Shown here: piece by piece, positions 47,608-58,815 of the stretch | Position numbering within the stretch: position 1 is the first letter of the stretch | Layout: every line of letters begins with the position of its first letter | Assembly: GCA_965603825.1 (NCBI GenBank) | Contig: CBFDEM010000018.1 | Location: 558,001 to 622,000 of the forward strand | DNA: 64,000 nt | Source of the DNA: Blepharisma stoltei ATCC 30299 | Taxonomy: Eukaryota > Protista > Ciliophora | Direction of reading: 5' to 3' | Position numbers and translations under genes: made by a program | The notes under the pieces: model-generated | What the model was told of the DNA's origin: nothing | The model's database searches: none | What the model saw: only the letters and a program-made list of their open reading frames with translations

Positions 47608-48864
47608 TTATGGTCTATCTATTTCATCTTCCTCGTAGCTGCTTTCTTCGAATTCTGACTCGCTTTCTTCAGGCTCGTTTTGGTATGTATCTACTACGTG
47701 AGGAGATCGTCGAATTGACGACAAATCTTCAAAAGTATGGTTGTCATCAACTCTGTGCACGTTTCGCCCTGGCTGGAGGTTGCCATGTCTTGGAGGTTTT
47801 TGTGAAGAAATTACTGGAGAACTTTCTTCTTCCTCTTCGTCGGTATACTGGGAATACTCTACGTCTTGCTCGCTTATGCTTTGGCTGTAGCCTTCGTAGC
47901 TGTGCTGAATGGCTGGGATTTTCTTTTTATTTGGGGAATAAGCGAGCATGATAGGTTTTTTTATTTTCGGCTCTGAGTACATTTCGTGGGTGCTCGAGTC
48001 TGCTTTATTCAGCTTGTTTATCAGCCATTCTTGATAAGCCAGTTCTGCCCTAATCCTGTCCTCTTCTTTTTTTCTCTCAATTTCTCTTTCCATGGCTTCT
48101 TTAGCCTTTTTTTCTTTTCTTTCTTTTTTTTTCTGCTCTTTTAGTTTTATTAAATTTTCTCGTAGCCATTCTTTGTAATGGGCACTGGCTTCCTCTCTTT
48201 TTTTGTTTTTATCATTTTCAATTGCTTTTTCCTGTAATTTTTTTTCTCTTTTTTTCTGTTTTTCTTCTTTTCGCTTCGCTCTTGCCCAGTCTCTGTAAAC
48301 TTTGGATTTTTCAGCTTCTAGTGAGATTTTATCATTGATTTCTCTGATTTGTTGTTCTTTTTCTATGCTGAGGGCTTCTGAGATAAGTCTTTTCTTAAGT
48401 CGGTCTTCTGCATCTTTTTTCCGTTTTCAGTCATCATAGGTGATTTCTTTATTTGCGCTTTGATTTTCGGCTGCTTCAAGCCTTTCTAATAGCATTTGGT
48501 TTTTTACGGCTTCTATTTCTTCACGGTCTTTGGAGTTTTCTTTTAAGGAAATTTTTTTAAGCTCCATTTCGACAGCAATTAATTGGGAATGGTCGTAGCC
48601 AAAAAGCCCTTGTTGCATTCTTTGACGGACAGCTTTATCAATAGCATATTCTGTAGTATCAGAAAGCAGCTTCGGCTCTTTTTCTTGTAACGATAAGTGC
48701 TCTTTAAGGGCCCTGAGATACTCTAGTGACGCTAATTTTTGAATTGGCTGAGTGGCTTTAACTGAATCCTGAATTACTATTACAACTTTGCAAACTATGT
48801 TTTCTATTTTTACATTGTGCCTTTTTTCGCTTCTGTGTTAGAATTACCCTTCAATTAAGCCCAT
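47608..48864 (-). CDS. Coiled-coil protein with repeated Y-x-x-W motifs (CCDC34/CCDC181-like); intron 48833-48847, possible second intron 48769-48783
   Basis: ITYDD-W(TGA)-KRKK, YRDWARAK, YKEWLRE, AYQEWLINK in one frame; the ATG at 48864 needs intron GTAATTCTAACACAG removed. Confidence 0.7.
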
Positions 48865-48913
48865 TATGTGATTTTAAAAATTATTCAAATTTTTATTAAA
48901 TATTTGAAAACAA

Positions 48914-50311
48914 ATGGGCAGCTGTTGCATTAACTCAGAAAAAAGCCATCAAGAGCGAAGTGCGCTTCCCCATTCTATCAGTATGATACCAGTAAAAAAG
49001 ATTTTTAAATTCGGGAAAACGTTAGGAGGAGGCAGTTTTGGGATTGTAAAACTTGCACATAGGATTACTGATAAAGATCCAGTTGCTATCAAAATCATCC
49101 CTAAAGAAAAAGTCCAGCATAAACTAAGTGTTTTGCGTAGAGAAATTGATATTTTATTGACTGTAGACCACCCCAATATAATTAGATTGCTGAATGTATA
49201 TGAAGATGACGAGAAAATTTATTTGATTATGGATTATTGCTCAGGCGGCGAATTATTCACCAGAATTACTTCAAAAGGACTGATATCAGAAGATGAGGCA
49301 AAAAAAATTATGAGAAAAATGCTCATGGCAATTAATCATTTGCATTGTAAAAAAATTGTACATAGAGACTTAAAGCCTCAGCATATTTTATTTGATAAGG
49401 CTGGGGAAAATGGGGAGGTAAAAATCATTGATTTTGGGTTGTCAAGCAAACTGGCAAATCCTTTGGAATTGATGCACTCCCAAGTGGGGACGATTTATTA
49501 TACGGCTCCTGAAGTTATAATTGGGAACTATGATGATAAATGTGATATGTGAAGCGCAGGAATTATTTTATATACAATGCTGTCAGGGAATATGCCTTTT
49601 TACGGAAGCTCGATCCAGGAAGTCTCTAAAGCAATTTGTAAAGGAAGCTTTTCAATGGAAGGCGGAATATGAGATCATGTTACTGAAAATGCGAAAAATT
49701 TGATAAATAAATTAATAGTGAAAGACCCTGCTACTCGGTTATCAGCAGCTGAAGCCATTCAGCGCCCTTGATTTGATTTATCAAATGAACCTACTTCAGA
49801 GATCGATAGTGACATAATAGAGTCTCTCAAAAATTACAGAAAAACCAGCGCTTTCCAAAGAGAAACTGTTAATATTCTTATTAAACACCTGCCAGAAAGC
49901 CACATGGTTCCTAATGTAAGATCATCATTTTTAGCATTAGACAAAACTGATACAGGGCAGATCTCTAAAGACGAATTTTCGAAAATTATGCTTGACCACA
50001 ATTTAAATGAAGAAGAAATTGATGAGTTATCATCTGCAATTGATATAAGAAAAACGGGAAATATTAATTACTCAGAATTTATAGCAGCACTATTTTCAGG
50101 GAAAAGCATGGATGAAGATATGATTAAGCGCGCATTTGAGTGCTTGGATATAGAAAATAAAGGATTTATTGTGAAAAATGACTTTAAAATTGCAGCAATA
50201 AAAATAGGCAAAGAATTAACTTCTGATGAGTTCGAAAAAATTTCTGAGAATTTTGGAGAAATAAATGATAGGATTACCTATGATCAATTTAAAATGATGA
50301 TGGGAGCTTAA
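48914..50311 (+). CDS. Calcium-dependent protein kinase (CDPK), N-acylation motif MGSCC, four EF-hands
   Basis: GGGSFG, VAIK, HRDLKP, DFG, APE, D-M-W(TGA 49550)-S-A-G; in frame with EF-hand ORF 49904 (DKTDTGQISKDE, DIENKGFI). Confidence 0.92.
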
Positions 50312-50342
50312 AGCTTTATTTTAGCTATTATTACATTATAAT

Positions 50343-51512
50343 TTACCAACCTTGTAGTAAATAATCTTCTGCTTTTTTCCCTTTTCCTTTTTTGCTTGAA
50401 TTTGTTTTTGAAATATTTTGAATCTCAGGGGAAGGGACATACGGGTAATATTTTCTGACAGATTTCGGGCTTGAAATCTCTGTATCGGTGCCTATTGTGT
50501 TGCTCATTGAGTCAGGTGAAACACATTTCGATGTCTCTATAAAAGCATCAATTTTCTTTTTCTGCTTGTATTTAAAAAAACATTTAAAGCTGCAGTAAAT
50601 TGATTTTTTTTTGAAAATTCCAATCCCTCTAGCGAAACTTTTTCCGCATTTGCATTGTATTTCTGTTGAATCTGTAAACAGTTCTTTGCATAGCATTGAG
50701 CAAAAGCATTGCTTACTGTCCACTATTCCGGTTTCTTTGATAAAAGATTTTCCACAAGTCCAGCAAGTTTTATCACAAAAGTATGCATTATCATCAATTA
50801 CTGGAGATTCGATTGGTTTAATCAACTGGCCATCAAAGGAATTTCTTATCAAGTTTAAGCCATTTTTAGCAATATAATTTTTGTTTAGAGATTGTTTTCA
50901 TGAGTTTCCACTCGTTTTTAAATATTCAAGTGCATCTACATAAAAGGATGGGACTCCTTTACTACTTTTCCCTTTTTTCTCAATACTTTCATTGTCAGAT
51001 CCTTTTGTTGATATAGATCTCAAATGTGAGCTTTTTCCATATTTACACTCCTTGATTTTTTTAAGTATTTTCAGCCGATGCCCAAGTGGCAAGTTTAAAT
51101 TCTTAATATCAATTTCTGTTAATCCTAACAGCAGCTCAATTTCGTTTATTCCATTAGTAATGAACAGTGAAAAATATTTTTGAAGTCCACAAGATTTCAA
51201 GAACTCTTTTATAGCTTCTGATTTATTTTCTGTAGCTTTTTCAGTAGATTCCAGCTCTGTTTGTGAAGGGGAATTTATAGAAGTGGAATCTTTAGTTTTA
51301 TTTGTTGATTCTGAAGAATTGAGAAACTGTGATAACTGGCTGCGAGATCTTACATTAAACTCGTGCTTTTCAACAGATGGTTCGTTGCTGCTCTTCGATT
51401 TCTCTATCGATGCTTTAAGCTTGACTAGCTTGAATTTCATCGCTTTGGTTTCTTGTTTTAAAATGCTCTTTAAATGTTTCAAGTTTTGGTTGACTGTGAT
51501 AGAATTTTTCAT
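50343..51512 (-). CDS. SAM-domain protein with two C-terminal FCS/TRASH(MYM)-like zinc fingers, 389 aa
   Basis: ORFs 51512 and 50852 are in frame across TGA 50898. SAM: IKEFLKSCGLQKYFSLF...LPLGHRLKILKKI. Fingers: CWTCGKSF...FCSMLC and CKCGKSF...YCSFKC. Confidence 0.75.
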
Positions 51513-52199
51513 TATTTTAACTCCTGCGTTTTAAAAAAAATATTGTTTTTTGAAAATATTTAAAAGTTAAATACTCAGAGAGGATCATTTTATTTATTAA
51601 AATAGTAAATAATAGAGTTTTTATAAATAATGTTTAAATTTTAAAAAGCATCTAAGAAGGACAACTATTGATGCTTATTTACAATTTTTTAAACAAGTTA
51701 TTGAAAATAATAAAATATATTTAATTTACAAATATCACTCAAAGCCTAAAATATTTTTATCAGATTTTTTTAGCCTTAATAATAAATTGATTTTCAATTT
51801 TTTACAAAAAGTTATTAGCCAATTGCTGGAGATTTTGTTTATATATGGGCTCTCTTTCAATAAATGTCTTAAGAACAACTCCTTTAATTTTAAACGAGGC
51901 TTTGTAATAATATAGATGTTTTAACCCTCTGCGATTGATTAATATCTTACTTAGATTTTTAAAAATCGTTATCAAATTTAAAAAATAAAAACTTAATTGA
52001 TCTACAAAAAAAAACCCAGCCCATCTCGATATCATATCTCATCACCATGATTACCCAATAATCTCTGGACCCTTTCTTTGATCTTATTGTTCACCAAGTA
52101 ATTTATTGATTTAATCTGCCATGAAAAGACTTTTCCAGTCAAAACAAGCCCAGCCTTATTCTCTTATTCATCAAAAATCATATTCCTTCAACCAAAATT

Positions 52200-52810
52200 T
52201 TCCACTATAGGTGAGAATATAGATTATATGCATATGTTGAATTATTTTCTATTGGAATTGGAGGGATTTTAAATGACCCAAATTATTCAGGTCAAGTTGG
52301 GTGTAAAGGTCTGTCACTCATCCAGTCTGTTCAATTATTTAACTGATAAGCCTTAATAAAGAGCAGAAATTTCCGAATTAAATGCGATTCCGGACAATGA
52401 TACTTTATAGCTACTCCTCTTAGATGGGAATGCTTGACATCAAACGTAGCCAGTGTGGATCTTCTTATATAAAACTTAAAAATGATATTGCTCACTTTAT
52501 GCAAGTTAAGCATATGCAAATAGAGATTTTTCTTACATAGGATTGCTCCCACAGCATATCACAAGATCGATAAAATGGTCAAGGCACGATATAAATTCAA
52601 TTAATTTTAGTATAGCAAAGACATCTATACACATTTTGATGATTTTGAAACATTGCGTCCTGAGGCTAATTGCTCTTTAAAAATAAAAACTTTACTAATG
52701 GATTTCAATAATGTAATGCTTAACTAAATAAATGAGAAAACTCAAGAAATTCTTAGTCGGTCAAACTTTTAATTGGCATGCATTAGCATTTTTGGAAATC
52801 TTGTTGTATG
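52200..52810 (+). pseudogene. Decayed 3' part of the Cys-rich surface-protein gene
   Basis: TTATTTTCTATTGGAATTGGAGGG...GACCC at ~52242 matches ~57088-57125; further matches to 57255-57540; no open frame. Confidence 0.7.
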
Positions 52811-53430
52811 ATCCAGAGTCAATTTAAGAAATTAATAGAGGTAAATAGTTAGGGTAGAATATCATCAGCTTTAAAAATCGCAAATTCTAAAAATAAAAAC
52901 AAATTAATGTAATTGCATACTAAAGATATGATATCCTTATAATTCCTTTAGAGACGAAAGGCTTGTCAAGTCAGCTTGCATTCTAGCCAGGGATAAAAAA
53001 AGTTCTAATTCTTGAATTCCTTGGAACATTAATCGCCCTTGAGCTTCATCAATAAGTTTATAAAGAACATTTATGATTCTGATATCTTGCAATAACAGAA
53101 CTTTCTTGATTTCCCTGAGTTCTTCATAAAACATATCAGATCTAAAATAAATTTCTCCAGATTCTTTCACAAGTGAGTAGATGTATTCTGCGATTGCTTG
53201 TATATCAGAATCGCTTAAACTCTGCAGATCATACTTTTTATATCTATTAATTTCTTCCATAACAGCTAAATGGTATTTAACTTCATAATCATCATCCTTT
53301 TTAAGATCTATATTGGAAGTAGATTTAGGTTTTGCCTTTGTGAATAGATTTTGAATGCTAAAAATTTGAAAAATACTCCAGCAGCTCATTTTATTTATTA
53401 TAATGGCAAAAAATAGACTTTTGGTTAATA
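52330..53430. repeat. ~1.1-kb direct segmental duplication (second copy ~54200-55262)
   Basis: Shared blocks such as AATTATTTAACTGATAAGCC, AAAATAAAAACTTTACTAATGGATTTCAAT and GCGATTGCTTGTATATCAGAATCGCTTAAACTCTGCAGATCATAC. Confidence 0.88.
52937..53389 (-). CDS. Hypothetical 150-aa helical protein (copy 1)
   Basis: Complete ORF; near-identical paralog at 54748-55221. Confidence 0.6.
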   Translation of the reverse strand: MSCWSIFQIFSIQNLFTKAKPKSTSNIDLKKDDDYEVKYHLAVMEEINRYKKYDLQSLSDSDIQAIAEYIYSLVKESGEIYFRSDMFYEELREIKKVLLLQDIRIINVLYKLIDEAQGRLMFQGIQELELFLSLARMQADLTSLSSLKEL

Positions 53431-54029
53431 ATTTGTTGGCAATTAAAAAATCTAGACTATTTATTCAAATAATAGGCTAGCAAAAAAGCTATAAATTGAT
53501 GCTTGCATCGAAAAGATATATTTGTTTTAAATATCACTCTAAAGCTTGAAATTATGTTTTAATCAATGTATATTAGTCTTTTTGAGCTTTCATACAAGTA
53601 GCTAAGCTAATAAACCAAATTCTACTTTTTGAGTAAATAAGCACCCTCCAGGATCGATCAAAAAAATTTTATAAATATCCTCTTTTTAATAAGCTAGACA
53701 CCCTTAAACCCAATGACTAACCAGCGCTAAAATATTGTAAAAGCTGTTAATAAAATTTATTGAGTGCATCAATTAGAATTTGTGCCGATATTTGCATGAT
53801 CTCATGCCACGGGTAATATGGCAATTTTATGATCTATTATTCGCGATGGCATATATGAATGATTTTTATTACAGCCTATGTATTAAATGAGATTATAATT
53901 GTGGGACAAATGATATAACTGCAGTTTCAATTATGATTTTTTATTTGTGTTAATGATTAATATTAGGAGAAGGCAGGAATTAATTCCGAGGTAATAGCTT
54001 ATTAAAAGTTTTTTTGTATATAGTTTTAA

Positions 54030-54690
54030 TATTAGTGTGCAGATAAAAAAATGAAAACACCATTTGTCTCGAGGCTGAAGCCTCGAGTAATTGCAAAGGA
54101 AAAGATTTATGCAATGATACAAGTTTTTCATATATAAGCCTCATAAAAGCATGAATTTTACCTGGGAAAACTTATATAAGATCTGTGACTAAGCCATCGT
54201 GTTGAATTATTTAACTGATAAGCCTAGCTTAATAAAGAGCAGAAATGTCCAAATTAAGTGCGATTCCGGACAATGAAGATTTTTAGCTACTTCTCTTAGC
54301 TTGGAATATTTGACGTCTAACAATGCCAGTGTGGGTCTTCTTATATAAAACTAAAAAGGGATATTGCGCACTTTATGCAGTAGCTAAGCATATGCAAATA
54401 GAAGAGTTTTTTAACACAAGATTGCTCCACAACATACCACAAGATCCATAAAATGCTCAAGGTGCCATATAAATTAGTATAGCTAAGAAATATATGCATA
54501 TTTAGATGATTTTTAAAAATTGTGTTCAATTATTGTTTGAAAAATAAAAACTTTACTAATGGATTTCAATTATTTAATGATTAACTGACAATAAATGATT
54601 AAACTCAAGAAATTCTTAATCAGTCAAACATTTCAATAGCATTTTTGGAAATCTTGCCGCATAATCTAGAGTCAATTTAATAAATTAATA
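54030..54690 (+). pseudogene. Decayed copy of the Cys-rich surface-protein gene (5' part plus internally deleted 3' part)
   Basis: GTGTGCAGATAAAAAAA...TGCAATGATACAAG...TATATAAGCC...TACCTGGGAAAACTT matches 56673-56815. Confidence 0.75.
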
Positions 54691-54747
54691 TGGGTAAATA
54701 GTTTAGGTAGAATGTAACCACAAGTATAGCTTTAGAAATCGCAAATT

Positions 54748-55221
54748 CTAAATATAAAAACAAATTAATGTAATGCATACTAAAAATATTTTCTTCCATA
54801 GCATCCCTTGTTTTCTAGACAGACGTACAACATGATCTAATTCTCAAATCCCTTTGAATATTAATTGCTCTCGAGCTTCAACAATAAGATTAAAAAGAGC
54901 TTCTATGATTCTAATATCTTGCAATAGCAGGACTTTCTTTATTTCCCTTAACTCTTTATAAAACATGTCAGATTTAAAATATATTTCTCCAGATTCTTTT
55001 GCAAGTGAGTAGATGTACTCTGCGATTGCTTGTATATCAGAATCGCTTAAACTCTGCAGATCATACTTTTTGTATCTATTTATCTCTTCCATAACAGCTA
55101 AATGGTGTTTAAATTCATAATCATCATCCTTTTTAAGATCTATATTGGAAGTAGATTTAGGTTTTGCCTTTGTGAATATATTTGGAATGCTAAAATTTTG
55201 AAAAATACTTCAGCAGCTCAT
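54748..55221 (-). CDS. Hypothetical protein (copy 2 of 52937-53389, altered C-terminus; may be a pseudogene)
   Basis: ATG at 55221 in frame with ORF 55092; codon 4 is TGA where copy 1 has TGG. Confidence 0.5.
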
Positions 55222-55523
55222 TTTATTTATTATAATGACAAAAAATAGATCTTTTGATTAATAAGGACCTGCACAGTCTAAGATCAAATAGATAGCAGGT
55301 GCAGGCTACAAACTTTATCGAGGAAGCAAGCTAGATTGACATTAACAGTATGATTACATTTTAACTAATAAAATTTTAGTTAAAGCATAAGCAAAAGCCA
55401 GGAAAATTTCCCAAAGAGAACTTATAATTTCTACTACCATGAGAGGTCTTATTTGATTTTTGCCTTTTATTTTTATAATTAAATAATCCCTTAAATTTAA
55501 AAGGGGCTTTGCTATCATAATGT

Positions 55524-56146
55524 ATGAGCACAGACGAAAAGATTATTTTAAACACGTTTCTTTCAGATCTGCTACAATTCGAGTTTACTTCTGATCTAGA
55601 ATGAAAACTGATGCTACAATCCCAAATAAGGAAAACTTACAAAGAAGTGTTCAATTGTGCAGATAATAAAGCGATATTGATACTGCATTATTTAAGGCAG
55701 GAACCATTCAAGCATCCCAAACTAGATATTTTAGAAGTAAAGCTTGGTCAAAGAATAATACCAAAGCTTAATAACAACGAAGTCGGTTGTCAAATACTTG
55801 ATTATATAAATTTTATATTATCAATTTTATCTGGATTTATCGCTTTGTTTGTGTGGCTTTTATTTGTATTTTTTAGCAATAGTTGAGATTGGTCGTCTTT
55901 AGCCTTGCTGATGCTGTTCTTTTGCCGATTTTAGGCTTAAAAAGTTGATATTTTTTGTCAGGGATTGCAAGAAAACACCAAAATTGGAAGGATAAAGTAC
56001 TCAAAAATTACACACATAACGAACTCAAGTGAAACCCTTGAAAGAGTCCTGAAATTGATGTGAGCGCTTTAGTCAATTATTTCTCAATAAACCACCGTGC
56101 ATCTGAAGCACACTCAGAACATATTTCCATTGAAACAGTGTTCTAG
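55524..56146 (+). pseudogene. Hypothetical membrane protein, apparently frameshifted near 55920
   Basis: Frame opens at ATG 55524 with TGA=Trp and a hydrophobic segment, stops at TAG 55932; another frame continues to TAG ~56146. Confidence 0.35.
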
Positions 56147-56199
56147 GCAATTCTGATTGGTATGCAAATATAAAAAAATTAATTCATTTATTAATAAAT

Positions 56200-56375
56200 T
56201 ATGGAAATTCATGTGCTGCTATTAACACCTTTCATGCAGATGGTTGACAATGATTTTTGCGAAAGAATCGAATATGTAGAGAAAAAAAGTGAAAACAACG
56301 TTTTCTTCGAGGCTAGTATCTTAAGTAATTGCAAGGAAAGATTCATGCAATGATACAAGCATTTAGGATATAAGT
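56200..56375 (+). pseudogene. 5' fragment of the Cys-rich surface-protein gene
   Basis: GAAAACAACGTTT...GGAAAGATTCATGCAATGATACAAGC matches 56692-56763. Confidence 0.7.
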
Positions 56376-56598
56376 TGTATAAAGAAACCAATTAAAAATA
56401 TAAAAAATTGAGTAGCCAATTTAATAGAATGATATTGTTAAATAGCTTGAGTTGAATCATAGCAGCAAGTGCTGGTTTAGAAATTACCAATGCTAAAAAT
56501 ATTTACTTCCATCTATTTTAAAACCGAAAGACTCAACAAGTTATCTTGCAAATTATCCAGCTTATAAGATGTTCTAATTCATAATTTATCAATAAATT

Positions 56599-57675
56599 AT
56601 GTTTATTAGTCTACTATTATTCACAGCTTTTCTTGCAGACGGTTTAAGGGATGAAAACTGTGAAAAAATCGAGTGTGCAGATAAAAAAAGCGAAAACAAC
56701 GTTTGCTTTGAAGCTGAAGTCTCAAGCAGTTGTGAAGGAAAAAATTCATGCAATGATACAAGCTTTTTCATATATAAGCCGCCTAAAGACATGAGCTGTA
56801 CCTGGGAAAACTTTCATACCAATGAATATTTGTCAGGGGAAAGAGCGAAACCAGTTCAAAATATAAAATTTGAGTATTATCATCAAGACTCGCGATGCGA
56901 ATGTAATCCATCAGACGAAACAGTTGGATGCATCAAAGAAGCTAATAAAACTTACTGTAGTGCTGGATATTATTGCAAAAATTCGGAATCAAAAGAGTTA
57001 TGCATTCAAGCTAGCCCATACTTAGGCTGTAAAGATGACTCACAATGTCCTATAGGCTATGGCTGCAATGAAAAGACATGTGTAGAATTATTTTCGATTG
57101 GAATTGGAGGGTCTGTCAGTGACCCGAAATTTTGCAGGTCAATTTGGGTGCAAAATGGGGTCTGTGATTCAGTAAGTGTCTATACTTATTCAGGAACTGA
57201 TAAGCCTGGGACTAAATTTAGCCCAATCAAGAATGAACGTAAAATATTTCCAGATTATGATTGCGATATAGGACATTGGTGCATTTATAGCTACTCTTCT
57301 AAATTGGAAATATTTGACATACAAAAATGCAGGTGTGGATCTGCTAGTTATAAAACTAATAAAGGATACTGTTCACATTATGCAACAGCTTCGTTTAAAC
57401 ATATAGAAGACATTGTCTCAAATAATTTGAGATATAAGGTGAGTAATTGTACGGGACCTTATGCGCATTCAGGTGATTTGGAAACATTGTATCGTTGTGG
57501 GTCAATCGATAGTGAAAAATATGAAAACTTCACTAAGGAGTGGAATCAACTCAAATTTTTCTCGGTATTTTGGGGTTTCAAAGAAATAGGTTATGATTCC
57601 ACTCATTGTCCTAAAGAATTCGGTGGAAGCGCATATTTTACTGCTTTTTCAGTTCTATTTCTTCTAATAGTTTAA
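56599..57675 (+). CDS. Cys-rich secreted, probably GPI-anchored surface protein, 358 aa
   Basis: Signal peptide MFISLLLFTAFLA, many spaced Cys, small-residue site GGSA followed by a hydrophobic C-terminus FTAFSVLFLLIV. Confidence 0.8.
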   Translation: MFISLLLFTAFLADGLRDENCEKIECADKKSENNVCFEAEVSSSCEGKNSCNDTSFFIYKPPKDMSCTWENFHTNEYLSGERAKPVQNIKFEYYHQDSRCECNPSDETVGCIKEANKTYCSAGYYCKNSESKELCIQASPYLGCKDDSQCPIGYGCNEKTCVELFSIGIGGSVSDPKFCRSIWVQNGVCDSVSVYTYSGTDKPGTKFSPIKNERKIFPDYDCDIGHWCIYSYSSKLEIFDIQKCRCGSASYKTNKGYCSHYATASFKHIEDIVSNNLRYKVSNCTGPYAHSGDLETLYRCGSIDSEKYENFTKEWNQLKFFSVFWGFKEIGYDSTHCPKEFGGSAYFTAFSVLFLLIV

Positions 57676-57811
57676 AGATTAGTATAACTTATTTGAAAGT
57701 ATTTAAATATTAATTTTTATAAACAACAATAATAAAATCTATTTAATTCTTATTACTACAATTAAGTTGCAAAGTATTTCATAAAGTCTAGAAACTCCTA
57801 AATACAGATCA

Positions 57812-58219
57812 TTACATATACGCATCTAAATTTAAATATTGCCTAAGATACGCTGCTTCGCTCGCCATTTCTACATCAGTCCTATCTCCTCTATCACTAT
57901 CCACTTTTAAAACAGATCCAGCTTCCCTTGGAATTATATGAACATGCACATGATCTACGCTTTGCCCTGCCTCAGGACCGTCTTGTATGGCAATCGAGCT
58001 TACACCCCTGGTCAGTTGTTTTGAAATAATTGCAGAAGCCTTCATCATTTCCTTCAGCTCATTTGCATTCAAGTCTGAAAATCTCGACACTGGTCTAAGT
58101 GTGCAGACTAGAATATGGTTTGGCCTGATAGGTCTGAGATTGACCATTGCATAGCAATATTGCCCTTTCCAGAAGACTTGGTGGAATGGTATAGGAAACT
58201 TTCCAAATACGATGGACAT
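57812..58219 (-). CDS. FHIT: HIT-family hydrolase, Fhit branch (diadenosine triphosphate hydrolase)
   Basis: VNLRPIRPNHILV, IQDGPEAGQSVDHVHVHIIPR, EMASEAAYLR. Confidence 0.9.
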   Translation of the reverse strand: MSIVFGKFPIPFHQVFWKGQYCYAMVNLRPIRPNHILVCTLRPVSRFSDLNANELKEMMKASAIISKQLTRGVSSIAIQDGPEAGQSVDHVHVHIIPREAGSVLKVDSDRGDRTDVEMASEAAYLRQYLNLDAYM

Positions 58220-58268
58220 CACCAAAAACGGCCCTGAATATTTATTTAATGGCTTGATATTATAAAAA

Positions 58269-58760
58269 ATGCAAGTTTACCTCAACGTTTATCACATTGC
58301 GAAACTTAGCAAATACACTGCCACTGTTGGGATGGGGATTTATCATAGCACAATTGAAATAAACAGTAATATATAAGCAGATTTAGAATATTCCTTTGGA
58401 AAAGGAGATGAAGAAGGAAGTGGAATTTACACTATTGTAGCAGGAACATCAAATGGATTGGTGTTATGTGAACGAAAGCTTCTCGGAATTTGTGATAAAA
58501 CTATGTATGAAATTGAATGTATTTTGGTAGAGTTGAAAAAAGAGTTTTTCAGCGAAAATTACCATCTGATTCTTCGAAATTGTAACCATTTTGCTCAAGC
58601 CTTTGCGTATTCTCTGCTGAAAACGCGAGTTCCAAGATATATAAACAGGCTTTCAGACATGACCCATTGCTTGACTTGCATTTTGCCTCCAAACATATGA
58701 AACAGATTTCTCGATGAAAAGCGGCCTTTGCTTGACAATAAATCCTCTTGCTATAGCTAA
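58269..58760 (+). CDS. PPPDE/DeSI peptidase (deubiquitinase/desumoylase); intron 58366-58380
   Basis: VYLNVY, GIYHS (catalytic His), EYSFG after removing GTAATATATAAGCAG, YHLILRNCNHFA (catalytic Cys), VPRYINRL. Confidence 0.9.
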
Positions 58761-58815
58761 GCAGCTAACTAATACGATTTCTAATTAATATATTGATAAA
58801 ATCATAAAACTAGAA

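Noticed and set aside
51513-56598. Retained germline IESs or MITE-like elements in AT-rich stretches
   Set aside because: No interrupted conserved gene with TA-bounded insertion or terminal inverted repeats could be identified; most of the region is explained by decayed duplicates.
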